The position numbers and the translations under genes are program-made. 31,946 nt of DNA from Candidatus Thorarchaeota archaeon (GTDB taxonomy: Archaea; Asgardarchaeota; Thorarchaeia; Thorarchaeales; Thorarchaeaceae): contig JBHLRS010000034.1 in the NCBI GenBank assembly GCA_048882325.1, forward strand, positions 1 through 31,946. The letters are read 5' to 3'. Position 1 is the first letter of the stretch, and each line of letters starts with the position of its first letter. Positions 17,248 through 27,760 of this stretch are shown piece by piece. Under the pieces are notes generated by a model. The model searched no databases. It worked only from the letters and a program-made list of their open reading frames with translations, and was not told where the DNA came from.

Positions 17248-20046
17248 TCATTCTGCTGGTTGCTTCTTTCGAACCAAGAATATTACAATTATAACAGCAG
17301 CTGCCACTCCTCCTGCTGCAAGTGCCAGGATGACTGGTGTGTTGTCAGGCACAACTGTAACCACAACGGTGTCGGTCGCTGAGTTCCCACTACCATCGAT
17401 AAAGGTCACAACAAATGTATGATCTCCAATGCTGAGACCGTCAGCAGTTATTGTAACGCTCTCAGAGGTGGAATTCCACATTCCGGACATAACCTCAACT
17501 CCATCCAGATTAACACTGTAACTTGCAGGATCATAATCCTCTGCTATCCATGTGATGTTTCTCCCAACCTGACCTACGACATAGTCGAAGTCATCAGGAC
17601 CACCAACACTTGGTGCGAGTGTATCAGACACAGTCAATGTGAAGAAACCTACAAGCTCGAACCCGTAGAGGTTGATTGCAGTCACCTCTAAGTGATACTC
17701 ACCAAGGTTCAGAAAGACTGCATTTCTGATTGTTCCATCGTCAATTGTGAAGTCAGTGTCGTTCACACGCCAGTCTACAATTGGAGCATAGATTGTCAAT
17801 CCAGCATATCCGAACATCCGTTCAAACTCATCCCCCAACTCGGAAAACAGATTGAAGTCATCAGGTGGATCCCAATATGGAAGAGTGGGATGATAGACTA
17901 GCGGCATCGTGTCGTTGTTATTTCCTAAACCAACAATTGGGTGCCATGTGTCTCCGAATCCGTCTGAGTTGGCATCAACACCGGAATAGTTCGACCAGAA
18001 GTTGTACATGAAGACGGTAGTGGAGCTGTCATCAATTGCATTAGCACCATTATCCTCAAAGATGTTCCAAGTCACATTGGGTCCGATGATACCGCTGAGT
18101 TCGATACCAAAGAGCTCGTTCTCCTTGACGATGTTATGAGAAACCACTCCATCACAACCGATGACAGAAATTCCTCCACTACTCAGAGTAAATGAGTTCC
18201 ATAAAGCGTCAGCCTCACAGTCCCCGAGCAATAGGGAAACACCTTCAATCCCGCTTGTGTTAGTACAGGTATTCCTGATCACAGTACAATTAAATGATTC
18301 AAAAACAACGATTGCATAACCCGCCTGAAGATGGCAATAGTTATCCTCAATGATGATGTCATATGAAAAGGCCTCTACAACAATCCCGTTTAGATTTTCG
18401 ATGCAGGTGTTATCAGTTATGTTGTTCTTTGAGGAGTTCTCTACATAGATAGCGTCGCCGCATTTGGTGAGGTGGTTTCCCTCGACTTTTGAATCGTGCA
18501 CATCACTGAGGTGGATACCAGTAAGGCTACCAGTAGAATTCCTAACATTGTTGTCTAGCACGGAGAAATAGGAACAAGCATAGGCAAAAATGCCGACTGA
18601 ACCATTTGTGATTGTGTTGCCTTCGATTAGACAGTTCGCTGAAGAATCAAATCCGATACTGAAATCCCCACTAAGATTACAATCATTGTCTATAATCTCA
18701 CTATAGTTACTATTTAGTCCAAGGATGTTGTAGAGCGATTGGTTGCAAGTGTTTTTCGATACGGTGCAATATAGCGAGTTATCCAAGTAGATATCAACAT
18801 CAGCTATGCCTTGACCTTGACAAGTGTTGTTCGTGATGGTGTTATGATGAGCGTCGTACCAACTCACAACACCCCCAGCATATATCTTACACGTGTTACT
18901 TGAAACCTCATTATATGAGCTGTTATCTTTAAGTTCAATACAGATGAAACTATTCTCCACGTAGTTGCCAGAGATATAAGAGCTGTTAGAGTTGACCAGC
19001 GCTATGGACCCAAACATGTCCCCTATTCCCCATCCACAATTGTTCTGGCTTATCGTGTATGAAGAACAACCTCCAAGCATGATATCTACATCATTGGCAC
19101 GGCAGAAGTTGTTGATGACCTCATTATCGTGACAGTCCTCTGACAAAATTCCAATACTACCCACCGAAAGGTTGTTGTTGCTGATGATATTGTTGTTACA
19201 ATCAAAATTGAATCTAATTCCATAATTATAGCCAAGTGCTGTATTATTGTTGACCGTGACATCTTCGCAATTCAAGTAGACCTCGATTGCACCTACACAT
19301 CCCTCGCAATAGTTGTCTTCGATTGACGTGAAAACGGATTGTTCTATATGTATTCCCACAAAGCAAGCTGTACAGTTGTTGTTTACCAATGTCGAACTAG
19401 AACAGTCCTCAAAATAGACACCTGCCCAATTGAAGTCATAGAACAGGTTGTCGATGACTGTCAAGTCATCTGAATGGAGTGCAACGACACCTCTCTCACT
19501 GTTCAGAATTGTGCTGTTCTTGACTCGAGCATGTGATACCGATTCCAAATAGACAACAGTTGTTGCATTCGCTGTTAACCAACAGTCCTTGATGAAGAAG
19601 TGAACATCTGTGTTTGTAATGTTGATAGCTGGAACACCTACAGTTGTAGAGTTGATATTCAGACCAGATATTAGGTATGGTTGTTCGACACTTCCCTCAC
19701 CAGGCCAACCTTGCGTATCAAAGTCAGTGTTATTTTCAATTACTACGGGTGCATGAGGAGTGCCGAATGGATCTATATCAGCTGCAATTAATTGTCTGGA
19801 GGCTGGCATTTCGGTTTGCCAAGATCTCCATTGGATTCTAGGCATTACATAATCTGCAGGAGACCAAAGTCTATTTCTTAAACGATCTAGATTGAGTACA
19901 GATATGCGTTCATCCTTGATGTCCGATATCTGAATTTGCGAACGTGCATTGGTCACTTCTGGCACTGAGAAGAGTAGTGTCGTCCCCAACAAAAAGAGAA
20001 GAACCACTATCGAACCTCGGTGCATACTGCTGTATCCCTTTCGCAT
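17248..20046 (-). CDS. Large surface protein with right-handed parallel beta-helix (NosD/pectin-lyase-like) repeats, Ig-like domains and C-terminal TM anchor
   Basis: Signal peptide; cap GWPGEGSVEQPYLISGLNI; many ~22-aa 'GI.l..s.n..i.nN.c' turns; NFWSNY...DANSDGFGD; TM + RKK. Confidence 0.9.
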   Translation of the reverse strand: MRKGYSSMHRGSIVVLLFLLGTTLLFSVPEVTNARSQIQISDIKDERISVLNLDRLRNRLWSPADYVMPRIQWRSWQTEMPASRQLIAADIDPFGTPHAPVVIENNTDFDTQGWPGEGSVEQPYLISGLNINSTTVGVPAINITNTDVHFFIKDCWLTANATTVVYLESVSHARVKNSTILNSERGVVALHSDDLTVIDNLFYDFNWAGVYFEDCSSSTLVNNNCTACFVGIHIEQSVFTSIEDNYCEGCVGAIEVYLNCEDVTVNNNTALGYNYGIRFNFDCNNNIISNNNLSVGSIGILSEDCHDNEVINNFCRANDVDIMLGGCSSYTISQNNCGWGIGDMFGSIALVNSNSSYISGNYVENSFICIELKDNSSYNEVSSNTCKIYAGGVVSWYDAHHNTITNNTCQGQGIADVDIYLDNSLYCTVSKNTCNQSLYNILGLNSNYSEIIDNDCNLSGDFSIGFDSSANCLIEGNTITNGSVGIFAYACSYFSVLDNNVRNSTGSLTGIHLSDVHDSKVEGNHLTKCGDAIYVENSSKNNITDNTCIENLNGIVVEAFSYDIIIEDNYCHLQAGYAIVVFESFNCTVIRNTCTNTSGIEGVSLLLGDCEADALWNSFTLSSGGISVIGCDGVVSHNIVKENELFGIELSGIIGPNVTWNIFEDNGANAIDDSSTTVFMYNFWSNYSGVDANSDGFGDTWHPIVGLGNNNDTMPLVYHPTLPYWDPPDDFNLFSELGDEFERMFGYAGLTIYAPIVDWRVNDTDFTIDDGTIRNAVFLNLGEYHLEVTAINLYGFELVGFFTLTVSDTLAPSVGGPDDFDYVVGQVGRNITWIAEDYDPASYSVNLDGVEVMSGMWNSTSESVTITADGLSIGDHTFVVTFIDGSGNSATDTVVVTVVPDNTPVILALAAGGVAAAVIIVIFLVRKKQPAE

Positions 20047-20164
20047 AGTATCAATCTCCTAACCTATCAAGACCATCCTGCATTTTCGATTTATAACTTT
20101 GCAAATTTCATCTAATCAAATGAGTTATGAGTAAATTCTCGTATCAGGGTAATGGTGTTTCAGA

Positions 20165-20827
20165 ATGGGAGTCGCTATCCGATGGTTGGGCCATTCAAGC
20201 TTTCAGATCAAGACCGACAAAGACGTTGTTTATCTCGACCTCTACCGCTCAAAGCAGCTGAGAGAGAGAGTTCCTGACAAACTTGACCCTGCAACTATTG
20301 TCCTTGTCACTCATGCTCACAACGACCACTGTTTTCCAGAAGCCATCAATGAGGTTAGAGAGGATGGTACGACGGTGGTCGCACCCAGGAATTGTGGAGA
20401 GAAACTAAACTACCCCTTCGAATCACTCCAGCCCGAAGAGGAGAAGACAATCAATGACATCAAGATCAAGGCGGTTCATGCTTACAACGTGAAGCGGTTT
20501 CGATCACCAGGAAATCCCTTTCATCCTAAAGGGTATGGAGTCGGGTACCTTGTGACAGTTAAGGGAAAAACTATCTACTTTGCTGGTGACACTGATGTGA
20601 TACCCGAGATGAGTGAACTGGGTCCAATTGATGTTGCTCTGCTTCCATGTGGAGACACATATACAATGGACAACATGGATGCTGCAGAGGCAACGAAATT
20701 GATCAAACCCAAAGTTGTGATTCCAATGCACACATGGGACAAAGGCATTGATGACTTCAAGAATGGTATTGCTGGTACAGACACGAAGTTTGTCCCTCTC
20801 AAAGAGGGAGAAGAGTTCACATTATAA
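20165..20827 (+). CDS. MBL-fold metallo-hydrolase (UlaG/UPF0173-like)
   Basis: WLGHSSF, THAHNDH, IYFAGDT, IPMH. Confidence 0.92.
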   Translation: MGVAIRWLGHSSFQIKTDKDVVYLDLYRSKQLRERVPDKLDPATIVLVTHAHNDHCFPEAINEVREDGTTVVAPRNCGEKLNYPFESLQPEEEKTINDIKIKAVHAYNVKRFRSPGNPFHPKGYGVGYLVTVKGKTIYFAGDTDVIPEMSELGPIDVALLPCGDTYTMDNMDAAEATKLIKPKVVIPMHTWDKGIDDFKNGIAGTDTKFVPLKEGEEFTL

Positions 20828-20830
20828 GAT

Positions 20831-21511
20831 TCAGTCTGAAATCAGATCAAGTCGGAAGGTCCAGCTATAGAAGACATAAGATGGATGATATGAAGAGGAA
20901 GCGGTTACTATAACATGCGGAACTCCATTCGAGCAAGATATGTACCCATGCCACCAAGATCCAGCATCAACATTGTAGTATCTGTGGCCAAAGAAGAAGG
21001 AGTCATTATTCAGCTGAGAGAGATAAGTGTTGCAACCAAACTCAAGCTGACCAGCATCCTCAGGTGAATCCGGGAACAATGAATCAAGGAAATTCCAGTT
21101 TCCTACAGGCATAAAGAATCTTGACACAAGTCCATTCAATGCTGAGCTAATATTGGTGGGGATATCAGAACCATTAGAGAATCTTGTTGACACCTTATTC
21201 TCAAAAACAGCATCAAGAAATTTTTCTTCAGATTTGATGTCGATGGAAGGCAATGAATCAATCGTAACTACTATTGTTGTATTCGCGATAATTGATAGTT
21301 CGATTGACTCGACCAAATAACCGGGCGGATCTTCAATCATCCCATAGGCACTAACGTTGAATTCAAATTCATCACCAATTGCTACAGACCAAGAGAATGT
21401 GAGATTTTCCCTAGGAAGGATGATGACTATACTAACAACAAGTATACAGCCAGCAATGACGCATGCCGCAGGTATCTTGTATTTTGAATTCAATTCGAAT
21501 CTCCCAATCAT
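20831..21511 (-). CDS. Hypothetical protein with N-terminal membrane anchor
   Basis: Single N-terminal hydrophobic helix, then an acidic/aromatic domain with N-x-S/T sequons. Start uncertain (TTG 21535, ATG 21511 or TTG 21493). Confidence 0.7.
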   Translation of the reverse strand: MIGRFELNSKYKIPAACVIAGCILVVSIVIILPRENLTFSWSVAIGDEFEFNVSAYGMIEDPPGYLVESIELSIIANTTIVVTIDSLPSIDIKSEEKFLDAVFENKVSTRFSNGSDIPTNISSALNGLVSRFFMPVGNWNFLDSLFPDSPEDAGQLEFGCNTYLSQLNNDSFFFGHRYYNVDAGSWWHGYISCSNGVPHVIVTASSSYHPSYVFYSWTFRLDLISD

Positions 21512-21535
21512 ATAATTCACAAAGGAGTATTTCAA

Positions 21536-23695
21536 TCAAGAGGTTACCTCAACCCATATTGGACCAATATAGGCAAAACGACCGTTTGCCCCAACAACTC
21601 GAATCAAGTAAAAATCAACCCCAGCAGTATTCAGAGAACTTGGATTGATTGGATTGTCACTATACTTGTTGATGTAGTATTCCCCATTTCTCATAATGCA
21701 ACTTTCTGGACCATAAGTGGTACCGGTGATAGAGTCAGTATCAAGATAAGTGACATTTGCAAGTGGCTGATCCACAGCAATACTCGTGAGTAGTTCTCCG
21801 TTCTTGATTATCTCAATCTGAGCATTCCAGTCAGGGATCCAGTTCTCAGTTACTGATGCAGCATGGTGGAGTGTTCCAGCAGGTGAGCCATCCTGTGCTA
21901 GAATGATTCGTAATTCTCGTGGGGTGGCCACGTCAGCTACGGTGAGTGTTGAATTGTTTCCGACTCCAACACCATTTATCATAAAGCTGAGGAATGGTCG
22001 ACCATGGTCAGAGCTCGCAAAGATCACTTGTTGTTCAAGAGCTGAAAAGATAGAATCACGTGTCAACTCTGAAGCATAGACTGCAGTCAGACCACCCGGA
22101 TAGGGATGTTCATTCCGGGTATGCCAGAGGCTATATGGTCGCTGATGACCGACAAATGCAGGGGTATGGCTAATTGAGTGACCAGGATGACCATCGTGTT
22201 GGTCACTTGATGCATAAAGTGTCATTCGATATCCCATTCGGAAGGCATCAATGATTGATGAACCGTTCTGATACTTTGGAGGCGGCGCAATCATTCCGAC
22301 ATAGTTCAATGAGTGACGTTGTTCGAATAGGCATTCCCCATGTACAGAGGTGACCTCAGCTATCTTCACATACTTTGGATTTAGATAAGTCCAGTCCTGA
22401 ATGTACTGCTTCTGTGTGGTGTGATGCGGAAGGGCAAGTGCGTGGCAACTTGCAGCTGAAGTGAACTCATCCAGTATATTCCAGAGCTCATCGGTTGTCG
22501 GGATTGTCAAATAGGAGAGTACAGGATTCTTCAACAACTCATCCCCACTGAAGATGCAGGTATAGTGACCGGTTCTCGTGTTGGTCCACTCTAGGCCATG
22601 AAATGTTACAAACTGATTGGGATCATTGGCAAGATTAGTGGTTCTCTCTAAGATATTGAAGGAGCGGGAGCCTCCAAACAACATGATCTCGCCATGGTCC
22701 GTGATTGCCATGAAGTCGAGACCAGCTACATAGCGTCCATAGTAGAATGAGTGTGCAGCTGTTCCTGTTCCATCGGATAATTCAGAGTGACCATGAAAAT
22801 CACCCCAATAGATCATCGAGGTAAGATCACTTGCACTCTTGACGATAATTGGGTTACTGTAGTATGTATTCTCAGTGACCGAGTCATCCACTAGAATGTA
22901 GTGAATTCCAGGGGTATCGATTGAAACAGTGAAGACATGAAGTCCATTGTCCTTTCCATCTCGAATCTCATATGCTATATCAGAACCAAAGTTCTGACCC
23001 GTGAAGGTGTAAGACGAGGGAAGACTTGCAGTAACATTACTGAGTTGGTTGAATGTTGAGAGATTGTATGACTCCAACGAGAATTGCACTGTGCCCTTGT
23101 AGGTAGCACTCAACCGTTCGTATGGATCCCAAGCTTCGATTAGGACGTCAAAACTGTCTGTCGCTGCGGCTGTCGTTGGAGCATGCACCCAAAGCAGTTG
23201 GGTTCTGTTATCAAACATCACTCCCAGGTTTATACTCACACTTGACCACATTATTACTGGCGAAAGAATGACAACGAGTATCAAGAGTCTGTGTAGATTT
23301 CTCGGTGCTGATTTGAATGAGGCATTGGCCTTTGAAACCACTGAGGGCAAAGTTCTACCAATTCTTGTCAATATCCAGAGAGTAGTAGAGATCATCACAT
23401 ATACAACTAGGATTGCTATAGAACTCATTACAGCCATAGTGAGCGGTGCAACCGATCTCACGACATGAGCAAGGAGTGTCGCGGTTGCTGAAGCGAAGGC
23501 AAGAACTAGACCATGCCGAGACCAAGAGGACGCTTTGAATGCAAAGAAATACACGATACCTATTAGCATGCCAATGAAACTGAAGAATAACCAAAAGGTT
23601 GTAAAGATGCCAAATGCAAACAGGACAGCTCTACATATACGAAGAAAGAAACTGAGAACAGAACGTGCATTTATTCGAGAGACACCTGATGTCAT
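21536..23695 (-). CDS. Membrane-bound DUF3604 / PHP-like (CehA/McbA-type) metallohydrolase
   Basis: YWGDFHGHSELSDG, AITDH, GLEWT...GH, LPHH, SSDQHDGHPG; 4-5 N-terminal TM helices. Start ATG 23695 (ORF extends to 23719). Confidence 0.85.
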   Translation of the reverse strand: MTSGVSRINARSVLSFFLRICRAVLFAFGIFTTFWLFFSFIGMLIGIVYFFAFKASSWSRHGLVLAFASATATLLAHVVRSVAPLTMAVMSSIAILVVYVMISTTLWILTRIGRTLPSVVSKANASFKSAPRNLHRLLILVVILSPVIMWSSVSINLGVMFDNRTQLLWVHAPTTAAATDSFDVLIEAWDPYERLSATYKGTVQFSLESYNLSTFNQLSNVTASLPSSYTFTGQNFGSDIAYEIRDGKDNGLHVFTVSIDTPGIHYILVDDSVTENTYYSNPIIVKSASDLTSMIYWGDFHGHSELSDGTGTAAHSFYYGRYVAGLDFMAITDHGEIMLFGGSRSFNILERTTNLANDPNQFVTFHGLEWTNTRTGHYTCIFSGDELLKNPVLSYLTIPTTDELWNILDEFTSAASCHALALPHHTTQKQYIQDWTYLNPKYVKIAEVTSVHGECLFEQRHSLNYVGMIAPPPKYQNGSSIIDAFRMGYRMTLYASSDQHDGHPGHSISHTPAFVGHQRPYSLWHTRNEHPYPGGLTAVYASELTRDSIFSALEQQVIFASSDHGRPFLSFMINGVGVGNNSTLTVADVATPRELRIILAQDGSPAGTLHHAASVTENWIPDWNAQIEIIKNGELLTSIAVDQPLANVTYLDTDSITGTTYGPESCIMRNGEYYINKYSDNPINPSSLNTAGVDFYLIRVVGANGRFAYIGPIWVEVTS

Positions 23696-23816
23696 TTCTG
23701 CACATCCAGTAAACCACAAATACCAATCAAATGAAGGTCATAACCAGCATTTAACATCACTCATTCAACCTGATACATTGATATTCATTCAAACTCATAG
23801 AAGAAAATAGTGGAGG

Positions 23817-24545
23817 GTGTCCACAATCGGAGCAGCATTGGATAGTCTGATTCTTTTAGTGACAATCGGAGTGACATCATCTGCCGTTGTTGCAGCGTTA
23901 GCACTCTGGAGAGGGATATTGTCAGGCAATCTAAGGAAGAGTGTCATTTGGAAAAGACCACTTCTACTGCCATCGATAGTCTTTACGATGTCAATCATTA
24001 TTGCTGCGTTCTATGCCCCACTCCCAATGTCAGCATACCATGGCACCAATCAGATACACAGAACCACTCCATATTCGGGAACATACCGAGTGTATGAGCC
24101 TGGTGTCTATGAGGCCAGTGTCCAAGTACGAGTCACCACAGGTCTGCTTCCAAATGAGCGCTTGGAAGTATTTGTCAATTTTTCCCAAGCAGGAACTGAA
24201 ATAGACTCATTGTTCATGAGTTTGACAGAGAATGACCTTGACATGAACCAAGGGGCGACTCGAAGTGTCAGTATAACTCCAGGATTGTATGATGTGGCAA
24301 TCAACTGTACATACTATCTTGATGATGCTCCTCAGGATAATGAGTGGGTAAGTTTCCTCATCAATCAACCAGTCGAGTCAATCTTCATTCGTGAAATCAC
24401 TGATTGGAGTACCTTTCGCTTCTTTCTTGGTTTTGGTTGCTTTTTCCTCTTACTAAGTGGAATCTGTGTTGGAGGGGATAAAGGAAGGCAACGACATAGA
24501 TATGGAGAGAAAGAAGATGTCAGGCCCATTTGGAGAATTGACTAG
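23817..24545 (+). CDS. Hypothetical membrane protein (2 N-terminal TM, beta domain, C-terminal TM)
   Basis: Three hydrophobic segments flank a beta-rich domain; start uncertain. Confidence 0.7.
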   Translation: MSTIGAALDSLILLVTIGVTSSAVVAALALWRGILSGNLRKSVIWKRPLLLPSIVFTMSIIIAAFYAPLPMSAYHGTNQIHRTTPYSGTYRVYEPGVYEASVQVRVTTGLLPNERLEVFVNFSQAGTEIDSLFMSLTENDLDMNQGATRSVSITPGLYDVAINCTYYLDDAPQDNEWVSFLINQPVESIFIREITDWSTFRFFLGFGCFFLLLSGICVGGDKGRQRHRYGEKEDVRPIWRID

Positions 24546-24640
24546 GTTAATGAAGCTCCATCGGCTCAAAGCGGAATTTCTAATAGTTCAAAAGGTTCCA
24601 AGATAAATTAGATTTCGTGGAAAATACAGAGGGGTTAGAA

Positions 24641-26686
24641 ATGAGAAAGCTCGATGTTATTGTCTTGCTGGTGTTATTGACACCACTTCTTATGATGAAT
24701 TTTGAGGGCGTGGATGCAACCTTCATCTCTGCACAAGGGAATCCCAGAGTGACAGGTGAACTGCTATCTGATCCCAATCTCACAACTGAGCCAATTGTTG
24801 AGATAGGATATAGTTCTCCAGAGTTTAGTTACACATACAATATTCCAGATGATAGTATCGATTTGATCTGGACCCATACTCCAGGTTACATGCTTAGTTA
24901 TAGTTATGACCCCTATGTCCCATATCAACAGTGTAACGAATTTGCTCGCATACGACAGGATTTCGATTGGGAATACAATCAGACTCCAGTGACAATGAAG
25001 GTTTCAGCATTTTTCAAGATAGAGTGCACCGGAGAATTTGCAACAAATGAACATGCAAGTGAGATGTATTCAGTTGACTTCTGGCTTGGATCCCCCTGGT
25101 TATCGGCACCGTACAGAATAAAAGCAACCACAGACCTCGTTGATGGCGAGACCTACCATATTGAGTTTCTTATATCGAACTATGAAGCTGAAGGCATTTT
25201 TGGCGGTGCGGGTGTACCAGGTACGTTTATTCTTTATGTAGGGCTAATTCCAACATACCTCTTCTCGGCACCCTATGGCGGAGCCTTATCGGCCTATGAA
25301 GCCTTCGATGGTTCAGTCACAGCAACAATATTCGATATTTCAGTTAACGGCCTGTTGGAGGTTGATTCCATTGTTCCGGAAAAGATTACACCAAGATACA
25401 ACACAACTACGCTTTGGAATGAATCATATCATGGACTTGGGATAGAGTCATTCGGTCAGGATTCTCTAGTTCATCTCAGCGAAGACATGTACTCGTATCC
25501 CTACAATTCAGTGACCATTGGTAAATTGCGATCCGACCATAGTTCAGTATGGAATCACACGCCATCATTCGGTGTAGCACCTACTGCAGCAATTGACCTG
25601 CAAGTTGAAGGGAATAATTTGTACATTCTAGGGTCAAACCAGACGGTGGGTGGCGGAGACATAATGCTGATGAAGATGGGTTCACAAGGAACGGAGTTAT
25701 GGACTAGCTCCTTTTCGGTCTACGGGCTTGATTACCCATTGTACTTTGATGTGGCCCCAACAGGAAGAATATACATCCTCTCTTTGTCTACCAGACAACC
25801 TAGTGTTGGAAACCTGTATTCGTTTGAAATCCTGTACAACCTGATATGCACTGATGCGCAAGGTGATTTCCTCTGGAACCAAACAGTACTTGTCCAAAGC
25901 TATGAGGAATATATCTATGCTGTATTTACTAATGGATTGACACTGGGAGTTGGATGTTCTGGTAGCGACATCTATCTCGGTATTGGTGGCAATCTCTATC
26001 GGTACGGTTCTAGTGGAAATATGGTATGGCATAAAACGTATGATTTCCAGCAGTTTTGCGGTGACCCTGCAGGAGGGTTTTACACAGCCAAGACTGAAAA
26101 TGATGGGATATTTCAGTTGGCAAAATGGACTGCAGCTGGTACAATTGCATGGAGTCGAACCATGGATATTGATTATGGATTTGGTTGGAAAGACTATCCA
26201 CTTATTCAGACGATGAAAGTGGGACCGAATGGATACCTGTATTCTGTTCTAGATTATACACACATCGAATCGATCATGACCATCGCCAAATTGTCACGAA
26301 CTGGCCAAGTTCTCGCACGTGATCCGATTCATTTCTATTTAACAGAATACTGGTACTATAGCAGACCCATTGCGTCAGATTTGGCAGTGACTACCGACGG
26401 TCTAGTGCACGTGGCATTCAGTACACTGTACTCCTACCCATACTACATCTCCAATCCATTCTATCCATATCCAGCAGATACTCTTGTAGCATACGAACTC
26501 TCAGGCGTCCCAATCTTCACTGTACGGCCTGAATCATTGGTTATCACAGGAGCAGCGACGCTCCTGATTGGTGCTATAGCCTGGGACCATTTCATCAGAG
26601 GACGAACAAGACCTGAAGATGTTCTACCTGTGCAAGAAGAGATTGATCCATGGAAGATACTGATGGAAAAAGCAGAGGATGAGTAG
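24641..26686 (+). CDS. Secreted Tyr-rich protein with beta-propeller-like repeats and C-terminal TM
   Basis: GAGGGG RBS before ATG 24641; signal peptide; blades LMKMGSQGTELW, LICTDAQGDFLW, LYRYGSSGNMVW, LAKWTAAGTIAW, IAKLSRTGQVL; TM plus a charged tail. Confidence 0.8.
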   Translation: MRKLDVIVLLVLLTPLLMMNFEGVDATFISAQGNPRVTGELLSDPNLTTEPIVEIGYSSPEFSYTYNIPDDSIDLIWTHTPGYMLSYSYDPYVPYQQCNEFARIRQDFDWEYNQTPVTMKVSAFFKIECTGEFATNEHASEMYSVDFWLGSPWLSAPYRIKATTDLVDGETYHIEFLISNYEAEGIFGGAGVPGTFILYVGLIPTYLFSAPYGGALSAYEAFDGSVTATIFDISVNGLLEVDSIVPEKITPRYNTTTLWNESYHGLGIESFGQDSLVHLSEDMYSYPYNSVTIGKLRSDHSSVWNHTPSFGVAPTAAIDLQVEGNNLYILGSNQTVGGGDIMLMKMGSQGTELWTSSFSVYGLDYPLYFDVAPTGRIYILSLSTRQPSVGNLYSFEILYNLICTDAQGDFLWNQTVLVQSYEEYIYAVFTNGLTLGVGCSGSDIYLGIGGNLYRYGSSGNMVWHKTYDFQQFCGDPAGGFYTAKTENDGIFQLAKWTAAGTIAWSRTMDIDYGFGWKDYPLIQTMKVGPNGYLYSVLDYTHIESIMTIAKLSRTGQVLARDPIHFYLTEYWYYSRPIASDLAVTTDGLVHVAFSTLYSYPYYISNPFYPYPADTLVAYELSGVPIFTVRPESLVITGAATLLIGAIAWDHFIRGRTRPEDVLPVQEEIDPWKILMEKAEDE

Positions 26687-26696
26687 TTTGCTCCAG

Positions 26697-27668
26697 CTAC
26701 TTGGTAATTTGGGCAATCACTAGCTCTGCAAACCTCTTACTCATCTCCAGTTCTTTCCCATATGGAAAGAGCATCTGAAAATGCGTGAAGCCCATCTTGA
26801 TGAGATGGTCATACTGTAAGATTATTTCCTCAGGTGATCCGGCCCAAGCACCTGGCAATGAGGATTGCTTTGCAAGGTACTGCTCCATAGAGATGTCCTG
26901 TTCATTCGCTCTTTTCTGGTTGAACTTCAGTATCTCATCCTCATCGTCTGTTATGTAACAGTAGCCAAGGAAGGACTTGGTGATCTCATCATAGTTTCGA
27001 CCAACATCCTTGCAGTGCTGTTTCAGAGCCATTAACAGGGGCTCCAGCCTATCAGTCCCCCATGGTGAAAAGTTACTCATATTCCCATACTTTGCGACCA
27101 TTCTAAGGGTTCGTTTCTCCCCATGCCCACCTATGAGAATCGGAGGATGTGGTTTCTGGATTGGTTTCGGTGCAAAGACTGCGTCATTCAGCTTATAGTA
27201 CTCACCCTCGAAGGATGCTCGCTCTTGCGTCCATAATGCTAGAATGACTTGGAGTGCCTCCTCCAATCTGTCCATCCTCTCTCTGAGAGGCGGGAATCGA
27301 TACCCATACGCTCTGTATTCTTCCTCTTTCCATCCAGCCCCAATACCTAGAATAAGACGTCCATCAGAAATCATGTCCAAGGTCGCTGCAATCTTAGCAA
27401 GGAGTGCTGGATGACGGTAGGAGTTACCTGTGACAAGAACTCCAAGCTGCATCTTCGAAGTCTTTGTTGCAAGTGCTGTGAGGAGGGTCCAAGCCTCAAG
27501 ACTGTTTGTTGCCACTGCATCTGAATCTTTGAAGAAGTGGTCGCAGGTCCACACCGAGTGATATCCAAGCTTCTCTGCATACAGTGTGATACGTTCTATT
27601 GTCTTGTAGTCGAAACCAAAGAGTGGTTCGAAATGAATACCAAATTTCGGATGCATATTGAAACCCAA
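26697..27668 (-). CDS. LLM-class, probably F420-dependent oxidoreductase
   Basis: VWTCDHF, EAWTLL, YRHPALLAK, GRLILGIGAGW, PPILIGGHGEKRTL. TTG start with AGGTGAG RBS. Confidence 0.92.
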   Translation of the reverse strand: MGFNMHPKFGIHFEPLFGFDYKTIERITLYAEKLGYHSVWTCDHFFKDSDAVATNSLEAWTLLTALATKTSKMQLGVLVTGNSYRHPALLAKIAATLDMISDGRLILGIGAGWKEEEYRAYGYRFPPLRERMDRLEEALQVILALWTQERASFEGEYYKLNDAVFAPKPIQKPHPPILIGGHGEKRTLRMVAKYGNMSNFSPWGTDRLEPLLMALKQHCKDVGRNYDEITKSFLGYCYITDDEDEILKFNQKRANEQDISMEQYLAKQSSLPGAWAGSPEEIILQYDHLIKMGFTHFQMLFPYGKELEMSKRFAELVIAQITK

Positions 27669-27760
27669 CTACACTCACCTGAAAAGGCTTCGGCCGTATG
27701 AATAGGAACAACTAATACTCTGAGTATGATGTCACATTCAACCTATAGGGTGATTTATAG

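Noticed and set aside
27686-27695. GGC-TTCG-GCC mini-hairpin in a divergent promoter region
   Set aside because: Only a 3-bp stem; expected by chance.
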